Of a DNA stretch of 20,000 nucleotides, positions 8,119-16,663 are shown in pieces; within the stretch, counting starts at the first letter, position 1, and every line of letters begins with the position of its first letter. The translations under genes and the position numbers were made by a program. The stretch is from an uncultured Actinomycetes bacterium. GTDB lineage: Bacteria; Actinomycetota; Acidimicrobiia; Spongiisociales; DATADW01. Location of the stretch: NCBI GenBank assembly GCA_963824995.1, contig CAWGRK010000009.1:290281-310280 (forward strand), written 5' to 3'. The notes below the pieces were generated by a model. The model was not told the DNA's origin and ran no database searches. It saw only the letters and a program-made list of their open reading frames with translations.

Positions 8119-8173
8119 GTGGGGAGTTCAGGACCGAGAGCCATCGGTTTCGGCATCGTGAGCCGAGTAGAAG

Positions 8174-8617
8174 TCAGTCGGCCGAGCCGAGTTCCTGAAT
8201 GAGCTTGTCGACTCGTCGCTTTCTCGTCTCCGCGGCTTTTGCGGATTCGATCTGCTCCACGGCCTGGCGTCTCCTGGTGTACGAGATGGCATCGAACCGA
8301 CCGGTCAGACCCGCTGCCGCCAGTGCGGCCTTCACATCGTCGGGCACATCGACGGTCCGCTCGTCTTCGTCGAGTTCCAATTCCACTCGGACGGCATCAC
8401 CGACCGCCTTGCCGATGACGCGCCGCGCCGACTTGACCACCCCCAGCACATGCTTGCCGCCGTACACGGCGATCGATCCTCGGTAGCGATGACCGTCGAA
8501 GCTGGCCTTCACCGGTATCCGACCCCCACCCCCAAGCCGATCGACGACTTCGGGCGGGATCTCCACCCAGGCGCCCCCGTCGTCTTCCCCCTCGATCACA
8601 GCCTCGAACACCGACAT
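8174..8617 (-). CDS. DUF1905 + YdeI/OmpD-associated domain protein
   Basis: N-terminal GRIPVKASFDG...YRGSI...GKAVGDAVRVEL; C-terminal VDVPDD...FDAISYTRRR...IESAKAAETRKRRV. Confidence 0.85.
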   Translation of the reverse strand: MSVFEAVIEGEDDGGAWVEIPPEVVDRLGGGGRIPVKASFDGHRYRGSIAVYGGKHVLGVVKSARRVIGKAVGDAVRVELELDEDERTVDVPDDVKAALAAAGLTGRFDAISYTRRRQAVEQIESAKAAETRKRRVDKLIQELGSAD

Positions 8618-8705
8618 GGCCCTTCACATTACGAGGAGTGCCACCGAGGAGCGCGCCGCGCCTTCCTGACGGATAGATTGCAGCGTGCAACGACCGGGGA
8701 GGAAA

Positions 8706-9827
8706 GTGGCCATCCCGATCGGCGGGCAGGGGGGGCAAGCGCCGCCGCTCGACTTCGTCGTGGAGACGATGCCGCAGCGGATCGTTTTCGGTGCCGGGAC
8801 GGTGAGGACGGTGCCGGCCGAGGTGTCCCGTGCCGACCTGAAACGGGTGCTGGTGATCGCTTCGGGCTCGTCGGCGCCGATCGCAGATCAGCTCCTCTCG
8901 GACCTGGGACCCTCCGCTGTGGGACGCCTCGCCGAGGTACGACAGCACGTGCCTCGATCGCTGGCGGAGACGGCATGCCGGGAGGCGACCGCCACCAAGG
9001 CTGACGGCATGGTTGCGATCGGGGGCGGCTCGTCCATTGGTCTCGCCAAGGCAGTTGCGGTGCGCCTCGGCCTCCCCATCGTGGCGGTCCCGGTGACTTA
9101 CTCGGGTTCGGAGCTGAGCGCCGTCTACGGAGTCACCGACGAGCGCAAGCACACCGCAAACGACCCGCGTGCGCTTTCGAGGGTGGTGGTTTACGACCCG
9201 GAACTCGGGAGCGGCTTGAAGGCGCGGGTCACCAGCGCCAGCGGGTTCAACGCCCTGGCTCACGCCGTCGAGGCTCTCTACTCCCCGGGCCGGAACCCGA
9301 CATCCTCGCTCCAGGCCGTGGAGGCGATCCGCTTGCTGGCGGGCTCTCTCCCGGTGCTGTCCAAGGGGCGGGGGAACGGCGAGGCTCGGAGCGCGGCTCT
9401 GCTCGGTGCCTTCCTGGCGGGATCTGCGGTCAGCACCGCAGGCACCGCACTCCAGCACAAGCTGGCTCACGTACTGGGGGGAACGCACGACCTCGTCCAT
9501 GCCGAGGTGCACGCAGTGCTCCTCCCCCACGTCGCCGCCTACAACCAAACGGCAACGGGTGATCTGTTGGCCGGTGCGGCGGCAGCCCTAGGTGCCGGCG
9601 ACACAGCTACGGGTCTGTGGCGGCTGGGGCGGCGTCTCGGCAACCCGAGGAGTCTTGCCGAACTCGGTTTGGAGGAGGAGGTGCTGGACGAGGCAGCGGA
9701 GCAAACCGTGATCGACGTTGGGGCGGGCAACCCCCGTCCTGTGGACGAGAGGGACCTGCGGGCGCTGCTCGAAGATGCCTATTGGGGCAAACCCCCGAGG
9801 ACTACGAAGGAGGACGGCGATGGGTGA
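8706..9827 (+). CDS. Maleylacetate reductase-like iron-containing alcohol dehydrogenase family protein
   Basis: Motifs RIVFGAG, GGGSSIGLAKA, PVTYSGSE, NALAHAVEALY, HKLAHVLGG and HAEVH. Start is GTG 8706 after GGGAGG; 8685 is an alternative. Confidence 0.88.
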   Translation: MAIPIGGQGGQAPPLDFVVETMPQRIVFGAGTVRTVPAEVSRADLKRVLVIASGSSAPIADQLLSDLGPSAVGRLAEVRQHVPRSLAETACREATATKADGMVAIGGGSSIGLAKAVAVRLGLPIVAVPVTYSGSELSAVYGVTDERKHTANDPRALSRVVVYDPELGSGLKARVTSASGFNALAHAVEALYSPGRNPTSSLQAVEAIRLLAGSLPVLSKGRGNGEARSAALLGAFLAGSAVSTAGTALQHKLAHVLGGTHDLVHAEVHAVLLPHVAAYNQTATGDLLAGAAAALGAGDTATGLWRLGRRLGNPRSLAELGLEEEVLDEAAEQTVIDVGAGNPRPVDERDLRALLEDAYWGKPPRTTKEDGDG

Positions 9828-10635
9828 ATGGCAGTTCATGGACCCGGCGAGCCGCACCAACCTCTTTGCGGCGTGGAGCCGCGAGGCGGAGCAGATGATG
9901 GAGCTGGCATCGGGCCCGGATGCGTGGGAAAGACCCACTCGAAGCACCACGTGGGAGGTCCGCGATGTCATCGGGCACTTGGTGGACACCACCGAGGGGT
10001 ATTTCGAATCCTTCGAGGTAGCACGTGGAAAGAGGGACAGCCGTGACAGCTTCCCGCTGCGCGAGATGGCCAAGTACGTCAACGAGGGCGCCGTCGCCTT
10101 CCGCTCCGTCTCCCAGAACGACCTGCTCGCCCGACTCCGCGATGATCTCGAGCAGATGAAGGGGATCGCATCGGAGTTGACCGACGAGGAGTGGTCCGGA
10201 CTGCTGGTCCCGCACAAGTACATGGGACCGCTGCCCGCCACCTTCTATCCGACCTTCCAGCTGGTGGACTACGGGATCCACTCATGGGACATCCGTCAGG
10301 GATCGGACGATGCGCACGCCCTGGCCGGTGACACCGCCGACCTTCTCGCCCCGATGGCGTTCGTACTGTGGCAGTCGACCCCGCTCATCCCCGAGGATCT
10401 GCAGCCCTATGACATCGGCGTGAGGGTGACCGGGGCGAGCGGCGGCGACTTCCGGGTGAGCGTCAGCCCATCGGGTATAGGTGTCGAGCCCGGTGACGTC
10501 GGGGACTGCTCCAGCGTCCTCGAGTTCGATGCCGGCAGCTTCGTTCTAACCGCCTTCGGACGGATGAACGGCGGGACCATGCGCGGCGAGCCGGAGAACG
10601 CAACCGGGTTCCTCAATTCGTTCTTCAGGATCTGA
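9820..10635 (+). CDS. Maleylpyruvate isomerase family (MDMPI N-terminal, DinB superfamily) metal-binding protein
   Basis: W..PT...WEVRDVIGHL and DYGIHSWDI motifs with an SCP2-like C-terminal domain; AAGGAGG RBS; overlaps the upstream stop by 8 bp. Confidence 0.82.
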   Translation: MGEWQFMDPASRTNLFAAWSREAEQMMELASGPDAWERPTRSTTWEVRDVIGHLVDTTEGYFESFEVARGKRDSRDSFPLREMAKYVNEGAVAFRSVSQNDLLARLRDDLEQMKGIASELTDEEWSGLLVPHKYMGPLPATFYPTFQLVDYGIHSWDIRQGSDDAHALAGDTADLLAPMAFVLWQSTPLIPEDLQPYDIGVRVTGASGGDFRVSVSPSGIGVEPGDVGDCSSVLEFDAGSFVLTAFGRMNGGTMRGEPENATGFLNSFFRI

Positions 10636-10661
10636 CACCGCCAACCAAACGGAGGTTCTTC

Positions 10662-11159
10662 ATGGAAATCGACCTGGAAAGGGTTGAAGCAGAGCGGGAG
10701 CGGATCAAGCAAACCTATTTCAAGGAACCGCCCGACCGACCGCAATCGGCCGCCCGCGGCATCCACCACACCGCCCTCATCTCCTCTGACGTGGAGCGAA
10801 CCGTCCGTTTCTACCAGGAGGTTCTGGAGTTCCCCTTGATCGAGATCTTCGAGAACCGCGACTACCGCGGATCGAATCACTTCTTCTTCGACCTGGGGAA
10901 CGGCAATGCCCTCGCCTTCTTCGACTTTCCTGGGCTGGACCTCAGCGAATACGCCGAGGTCTTGGGCGGCTTGCACCACATCGCCATCTCGGTCGAACCG
11001 GGAAACTGGGAACGGCTGAAGCGCAACCTCGAGGATGCCGGCGTACCCCACGAGACCCACAGCGAGGTCTCGCTCTACTTCAAGGACCCCGACGGGGCGC
11101 GCCTCGAACTGATCGCCGACCCGCTGGGCGAAATGTACGGGACGCACTTGCTCGACTAG
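10662..11159 (+). CDS. VOC (glyoxalase/bleomycin resistance/extradiol dioxygenase) family protein
   Basis: GIHHTAL...FYQEVL, GLHHIAI and SLYFKDPDGARLEL; GGAGG RBS. Confidence 0.9.
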   Translation: MEIDLERVEAERERIKQTYFKEPPDRPQSAARGIHHTALISSDVERTVRFYQEVLEFPLIEIFENRDYRGSNHFFFDLGNGNALAFFDFPGLDLSEYAEVLGGLHHIAISVEPGNWERLKRNLEDAGVPHETHSEVSLYFKDPDGARLELIADPLGEMYGTHLLD

Positions 11160-11213
11160 CTGCCAACCCTGGGTTGGGGAGTACCGCCGCGGTAGCTGCC
11201 AACCCTGGGTTGG
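11157..11213. repeat. REP-like doublet: two identical 21-bp palindromic units
   Basis: TAGCTGCCAACCCTGGGTTGG at 11157-11177 and 11193-11213, each containing CCAACCC-T-GGGTTGG, between convergent genes. Confidence 0.85.
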
Positions 11214-11220
11214 TGCGCGG

Positions 11221-11979
11221 CTAGGCGAGTCCCTTGACGGCCCAGACCGAGGCGGTGACGGTGAAGGGTGCTGGGGGCAACGACTCCCGGCACACCCTCT
11301 CCAACTCGGTTCGCCGCTCGGAATCCAGACCGGCAACGTAAGCGCCCGCCGGACCAACGCCCAGCGTGTAGGGCTCCCACCACTCCTCGAAAGTGGCGTG
11401 TTCGAGCGCGACAGAGAGCGTCGCCTCCTCGACCTGACGAACGCCGGCGGTCTCGGCCAACTGCTTCAGATGGCCCTGACGCGTTCCCGCCCTGCCGGAC
11501 TCGTCGTCGAAGCCGGGATCAAAAAGACGGGCTGCGTCGAAGAACGCAGTGAGTGGCCCTCGGCCGCCGGCGTGATCCCAGACACAGGCGGCGACCACGC
11601 CACGGGGATGGGCCACCCTGGACATCTCGGTCAGGCCGGCCACCGGATCCTTCATGAAATGAACCACCAGTTGAGCGAGAACGCGATCGAACTCACCATC
11701 GGAGAAGGGCAGGTGCTCGGCGGCCGCCTGCTTCACGTCCACCCCGGCGTGGCGGTCCCGAACTGCGGCGACGAAGCCTTCCGAGGGATCGACGGCCGAG
11801 ACGGCTCCGGCCCCGAGTCGCTGCACCAGTTCGCCGGTCAGGGCACCCGGCCCGCACCCGACGTCGAGCACCCGTTGACCGGAGGAGACTCCGGCGAAAT
11901 CAGCGAACTTGGGGGCGAGCAGCTCGGAGTACCTGCCCATGAATCGGTCGTAAGAGGCGGCGGCAACCTGGAAGCTCAT
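11221..11979 (-). CDS. Class I SAM-dependent methyltransferase
   Basis: YDRFMGRYS, VLDVGCGPG and AEHLPFSDGEFD; TATGTT -10 box 6 nt upstream. Confidence 0.9.
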   Translation of the reverse strand: MSFQVAAASYDRFMGRYSELLAPKFADFAGVSSGQRVLDVGCGPGALTGELVQRLGAGAVSAVDPSEGFVAAVRDRHAGVDVKQAAAEHLPFSDGEFDRVLAQLVVHFMKDPVAGLTEMSRVAHPRGVVAACVWDHAGGRGPLTAFFDAARLFDPGFDDESGRAGTRQGHLKQLAETAGVRQVEEATLSVALEHATFEEWWEPYTLGVGPAGAYVAGLDSERRTELERVCRESLPPAPFTVTASVWAVKGLA

Positions 11980-12073
11980 CGATGGAACATAACCGACCCG
12001 CTGCTCGCCGCTCGACGGACGGCAGCAACCACCAGAGACTTAGCCGCCGGTGGACATAAGCTCGTGTCCGGAG

Positions 12074-12970
12074 ATGAGCCACAACAGCCACGTGCGGTCG
12101 GGGAGCGAGCACCGCCGCCGGCTGGCCGTGACCCTGGCCATGGTGCTTGGGTTCATGGTCGTCGAGGTAGTGACCGCGGTCGTCACCGGCTCGCTTTCGC
12201 TGCTCTCCGATGCGGGGCACATGGCCGCCGACAGCCTCGGTCTTGCCATGGCGCTTGCTGCCATGGTCGCCGCCGATCGAGCGGGCACCGGGGACCACCG
12301 CACGTTCGGGCTGTACCGACTGGAGATACTCGCTGCGTTGGCCAACGCGGTGCTCCTCTTCGGAGTGGCTGTTTACGTCTTGTGGGAGGCAGCGCGGCGA
12401 TTCTCGGATCCACCCGAAGTCCTGACCGGCCCGATGCTGGTCGTCGCCGTTCTCGGCTTGGTGGTCAACCTGATTGCCTGGAGACTGCTCCGTCCGGGTG
12501 CCACCGCATCGCTCAACCTGGAAGGCGCTTCGCTCGAGGTATTGGCTGACCTGGTCGGTTCGGTCGGCGTCATCGTCGCTGCCCTCCTCACCCGGTTCAC
12601 CGGCTGGCCATATGCCGACCCGCTTTTCGCCGCCGCCATCGGGCTTTTCATTCTCCCTCGGGCTTGGCGACTGGGGCGCCGAGCAATCCGCGTGCTGGTC
12701 CAAGCGGCACCGGAGGGTCTGGACATGGGTGCTTTACGCCTCCACCTCGAGCAGATCGAAGGGGTCGTCGACGTCCATGACCTCCACGTATGGACGCTCA
12801 CCACCGACATGCCGGTCGCCTCGCTCCACCTCATGGTGGCCGATGGGACCGACCCCCACCCCGTCCTCGACCAGGCGCGCAGCCTGCTTTCCCAGAGCTA
12901 CGGCGTGGCGCATGCCACCCTTCAAGTCGAGCCTGACACCCACCTGGGCTGCGCCGAAGTCACCTGGTAG
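12074..12970 (+). CDS. Cation diffusion facilitator (CzcD/ZitB-like) metal exporter
   Basis: His-containing N-terminus, SLSLLSDAGHMAAD, TFGLYRLEILAALAN, EVLAD, HDLHVW and HATLQVE. Confidence 0.92.
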   Translation: MSHNSHVRSGSEHRRRLAVTLAMVLGFMVVEVVTAVVTGSLSLLSDAGHMAADSLGLAMALAAMVAADRAGTGDHRTFGLYRLEILAALANAVLLFGVAVYVLWEAARRFSDPPEVLTGPMLVVAVLGLVVNLIAWRLLRPGATASLNLEGASLEVLADLVGSVGVIVAALLTRFTGWPYADPLFAAAIGLFILPRAWRLGRRAIRVLVQAAPEGLDMGALRLHLEQIEGVVDVHDLHVWTLTTDMPVASLHLMVADGTDPHPVLDQARSLLSQSYGVAHATLQVEPDTHLGCAEVTW

Positions 12971-12985
12971 GCAAGTCGGGTTCAT

Positions 12986-13004
12986 GGCGCCCCTTGGGGG
13001 CGCC
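12986..13004 (+). terminator. GC-rich hairpin after the CDF gene, no U-tract
   Basis: GGCGCCCC-TTG-GGGGCGCC. Confidence 0.4.
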
Positions 13005-13250
13005 CCGCCCCCCCTGCAAGCGTTTCTCAATCAGTTCACCAGCGACGGGGAGTACTCATTGACCGAGGCACCGGTATGCGGTGCGGCGCCGGAACGGAAG
13101 CGAAACGGCGTGACGCACACCATGTATGGGCCAAATAGAGAGTGCGGGAGGTGGATTTGGCGAGCGAGTGTGACTTGATGCCCGAGGTGAACCATTACCC
13201 ATCGAGGTGATCGGCCTCTGGCGATCCGATCTAAGAGAGAGGTGCATTTG

Positions 13251-14573
13251 ATGAATCAGCGACGCCGACTCAAATTGCGAGCCATTCCGATGGTTGTGCT
13301 CGCCTTTCTGATGCTCGCCGCAGCGCTGCCGTTGGCGGGTGCGCAGGGAGCGACGACCGCCACGAGCAGCGCGGTCCGGGACTGGAACGGGCACGCTTTG
13401 GCCGCCTTGGGGAACCCAACAACAGCAACGGTTCCCGGCGCCGGACAGCCACCGCCACTGGCCGCGACCCACATGGCCATGGTGCAGATAGCGGTGTTCG
13501 ACGCGGTGAACTCGATCACGGGCGGGTACGAGTCATATATCGACGGGTTGCCCACGGCACCTTCCAGGGCGTCGCAGGACGCAGCGGTGGCAACCGCGGC
13601 CCACGACGTGTTGGTCGGGTTGGGCCGTGATCCTGTGCCCGCATTGCCGGACAACGTGATCGACCGACTCGACACCTTGTACGCCGACTTCCTGGCAACA
13701 ATTCCCGATGGTCCGGCCAAGGAGGACGGGATCGCCGTAGGGGAAGCTGCCGCGGCGGCGATACTGGCGGAGCGCGACGATGATGGCCGCTATGTGCCAT
13801 TCACATTCAGTGAAGGCACAGAACGCGGGGAGTGGCGACCCACGACGAGCGGAGTGACCGACCCCTTCGCCTTCATGGCCTTTGTCCGTCCCTTCGCGCT
13901 GGAGAGCAGTTCGCAGTTCCGAACCGATGGGCCGAAGCCGCTCAAGAGCCGTGCCTATACGCGGGAGTACAGGGAGGTGAAGAGGATCGGCTCTACCACT
14001 TCCGATAGGACCCCCGGGCAGCAGGCTCTAGCGGACTTCTACACCGTGAGCCCGGTCGAGCTCTTCAATCGCGCTTTCCGCGGCCTGACAGAGGAGCGTG
14101 GTCTTTCTCTCGCCAAGGAAGCTCGGCTGTTCGCCATGCTGAATGTTGCCGGAGCGGATGCACTGATCAATTGCTGGAACGACAAGGAGCACTTCTCCTT
14201 CTGGCGTCCGATCACCGCAATTCAGGAAGGCGACGCCGACGGGAACCCGAGGACTAAGGGTGACACGGGTTGGACTCCATATGCGACCACCCCGCCCTAT
14301 CCGGAGCACTCGTCCGGGTACAACTGCGTCACCGCGGCCTTTATGCACACGGGCCGTGGCTTCTTCGGGAGCAACCAGGCCGACCTCAGTGTGCAGAATC
14401 TGGTGACCGGAGTGACTCGGGAGTACGAGCGATTCACCCAAGTGGTGAGTGACACAATCAACGCCCGCATCTTCCAGGGAATCCACTTCAGGACGGCCGA
14501 TGTTCAAGGCGCCGGATTGGGCAACAACGTGGCTCGCTGGGTTCGTCTGCACCACTTCCAGCGAGTGAACTGA
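13251..14573 (+). CDS. Secreted vanadium-dependent haloperoxidase / PAP2-superfamily protein
   Basis: Signal peptide (basic n-region, hydrophobic core, AGA cleavage site); K-x6-RP (KEHFSFWRP), TPPYPEHSSGY and R-x5-H (RIFQGIH); N-terminal AVFDAVNSI and AAVATAAHDVL typical of bacterial VHPO-like proteins. Confidence 0.87.
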   Translation: MNQRRRLKLRAIPMVVLAFLMLAAALPLAGAQGATTATSSAVRDWNGHALAALGNPTTATVPGAGQPPPLAATHMAMVQIAVFDAVNSITGGYESYIDGLPTAPSRASQDAAVATAAHDVLVGLGRDPVPALPDNVIDRLDTLYADFLATIPDGPAKEDGIAVGEAAAAAILAERDDDGRYVPFTFSEGTERGEWRPTTSGVTDPFAFMAFVRPFALESSSQFRTDGPKPLKSRAYTREYREVKRIGSTTSDRTPGQQALADFYTVSPVELFNRAFRGLTEERGLSLAKEARLFAMLNVAGADALINCWNDKEHFSFWRPITAIQEGDADGNPRTKGDTGWTPYATTPPYPEHSSGYNCVTAAFMHTGRGFFGSNQADLSVQNLVTGVTREYERFTQVVSDTINARIFQGIHFRTADVQGAGLGNNVARWVRLHHFQRVN

Positions 14574-14599
14574 GAATCACGCGTCCCGGACGCAATGAA

Positions 14600-14626
14600 G
14601 GCGGAGGGGTCATAAACCCCTCCGCC
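14600..14626. terminator. Probable bidirectional terminator between convergent genes
   Basis: Perfect 11-bp stem GGCGGAGGGGT-CATAA-ACCCCTCCGCC. Confidence 0.75.
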
Positions 14627-14644
14627 CTTCCTATGCACCGCCAA

Positions 14645-16663
14645 TCAGGTGGCGGCAGGGACCGCGCCGGGGAGGGCCATTGCTGGCACCGGTTCCTCGT
14701 CGTGCTCCGGACCGCTGAACTGCGAGTTGTACAGGTCGGCATAGGCGCCGCCCCGTTCGAGCAGTTCGGAGTGGGTCCCCTGCTGGACGATCTGCCCGTT
14801 CTCCATCACCAGGATCAGGTCGGCGTCGCGGATGGTGGATAGCCGGTGGGCGATGACGAAGCTGGTCCGATCGGTGCGCAGCGCCGCCATCGCATGCTGG
14901 AGCAGTGCCTCGGTCCGGGTGTCCACCGAGCTGGTGGCCTCGTCGAGGATCAGCAGAGCCGGGTCGGCAAGAAAGGCGCGGGCGATGGTTATGAGCTGCT
15001 TCTCGCCGGCGCTTATGTTGCTGCCTTCGTCGTCGATCATCGTGTCGTAGCCATCCGGGAGGCTGTGGACGAACCGGTCGACGAAGGTGGCTCTGGTCGC
15101 CTCGAGCATCTCTTCCTCTGTTGCCTCCGGCCGGCCGTACATGATGTTCTCCCGGATCGTTCCCCGGAACAACCAGGTGTCCTGGAGGACCATCCCGATC
15201 TCGGATCGGAGATCGGCGCGGTGCATCTCTGATATGTCAATCCCGTCGAGTGTGATCTGACCCGAGTCGAGTTCGTAGAACCGCATGATCAGGTTGACCA
15301 GCGTCGTCTTGCCGGCGCCTGTCGGCCCGACGATTGCGATGGTGTGTCCCGGCTCGACTCTCAGCGAGAGATCCTCGATGAGCGGGCGATCCTCGTCGTA
15401 TCGGAAGTAGACGTTCTCGAAGGCGACACGGCCGGTCGGATCGCCGACGGTCCTGGCGAACTCGTCATCAGGGCGCTCCTCGTCGGCATCGAGCAACTCG
15501 AACACCCGCTCGGCGGAGGCGACCCCGGACTGGAGCAGGTTGATCATCGAAGCCACCTGCGTCACCGGCTGGGTGAATTGCCGGGAGTACTGGATGAAAG
15601 CCTGGACATCACCGAGGCTCATCGTCCCGGTGGCGACACGGAGTCCACCCAGAACCGCGATCACCACGTAGTTGAGGTTTCCGATGAACATCATGATCGG
15701 CATGATCAGCCCGGAGAGGAACTGGGCGCTGAAGCTCGCCTTGTACAGCTCCTCGTTCTCCGTCTCGAACGCCGCTTGAACCTCACGCTGCCGCCCGAAC
15801 ACCTTGACCAGCGAATGACCCGTGAAAGCTTCTTCGATCTGTCCGTTGAGCGTCCCGGTCCGCCGCCATTGGGTGATGAACTGCTTCTGGGACCGCTGCA
15901 TGACCCACCCGGCAAGGAGCATCGAGATCGGGATGGTCACCAGTGCGACGAATGCCAGGGCCACGGAGATATAGAACATCATCCCGACCACGAAGATCAC
16001 CGTCAGAAGCGATGTCAGCAATTGGCTCATCGTCTGTTGGAGCGTCTGGGAGACGTTGTCGATGTCATTGGTGACTCGGCTGAGCAACTCGCCACGCGGC
16101 TGTCGGTCGAAATAGCTGAGTGGCAGCCTGTTGAGCTTGTCCTCGACGTCCGACCGCATCTGATAAACAGTTCTCTGGACGACCTCGTTGAGCACGTAAC
16201 CCTGGAAGAACCCGAGCAGCGCCGAACCCGTGTAAAGGGCGAGCACCACCAGCAGGATCCCGCCAAGGGCGTCGAAATCGATTCCCTGACCGGGGACGAC
16301 ATCCACGCCGCTCAGCAGGTCGGCGACCCCATCCTGGCCCTGCGCCCTGGCCGCCTCGATCGCCTCGGCCTTGGTCATGCCCTCGGGGAGCCTGCTCCCG
16401 ATCACGCCGGCGAAGATCACGTCCGTCGCCTCGCCGAGCACCTTGGGACCGATGGCAGAGAGAGCGACGCTGAACACGGCGAGCACGATTACCGCGATCA
16501 CCCTTGCCATATCGGGCCGCAGTCTGCGAACCAGCCGTTTGGCCGACGTGCCAAAGGCGAGCGACTTCTGCCCGATCATCGGCCCGCCGAACGGGCCACC
16601 CCTTCCCGGACCGCCTTGACCCTGGATGCGCTCCGTGCTCTTCATGGTGCGTGGTGAGGTCAT
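14645..16663 (-). CDS. ABC exporter half-transporter (TMD+NBD), TM288/Rv1272c-like subunit
   Basis: Walker A GPTGAGKT, degenerate signature ISAGE, Walker B LILDEATS, H-switch IAHR; ATGA overlap with the partner gene. Confidence 0.93.
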   Translation of the reverse strand: MTSPRTMKSTERIQGQGGPGRGGPFGGPMIGQKSLAFGTSAKRLVRRLRPDMARVIAVIVLAVFSVALSAIGPKVLGEATDVIFAGVIGSRLPEGMTKAEAIEAARAQGQDGVADLLSGVDVVPGQGIDFDALGGILLVVLALYTGSALLGFFQGYVLNEVVQRTVYQMRSDVEDKLNRLPLSYFDRQPRGELLSRVTNDIDNVSQTLQQTMSQLLTSLLTVIFVVGMMFYISVALAFVALVTIPISMLLAGWVMQRSQKQFITQWRRTGTLNGQIEEAFTGHSLVKVFGRQREVQAAFETENEELYKASFSAQFLSGLIMPIMMFIGNLNYVVIAVLGGLRVATGTMSLGDVQAFIQYSRQFTQPVTQVASMINLLQSGVASAERVFELLDADEERPDDEFARTVGDPTGRVAFENVYFRYDEDRPLIEDLSLRVEPGHTIAIVGPTGAGKTTLVNLIMRFYELDSGQITLDGIDISEMHRADLRSEIGMVLQDTWLFRGTIRENIMYGRPEATEEEMLEATRATFVDRFVHSLPDGYDTMIDDEGSNISAGEKQLITIARAFLADPALLILDEATSSVDTRTEALLQHAMAALRTDRTSFVIAHRLSTIRDADLILVMENGQIVQQGTHSELLERGGAYADLYNSQFSGPEHDEEPVPAMALPGAVPAAT

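Noticed and set aside
11157..11213. Mini CRISPR array
   Set aside because: Only two 21-bp units with a 15-bp spacer, no leader and no cas genes.
13251..13290. Tat signal peptide on the haloperoxidase-like protein (QRRRLKL)
   Set aside because: It does not match S/T-R-R-x-F-L-K well; Sec export is at least as likely.
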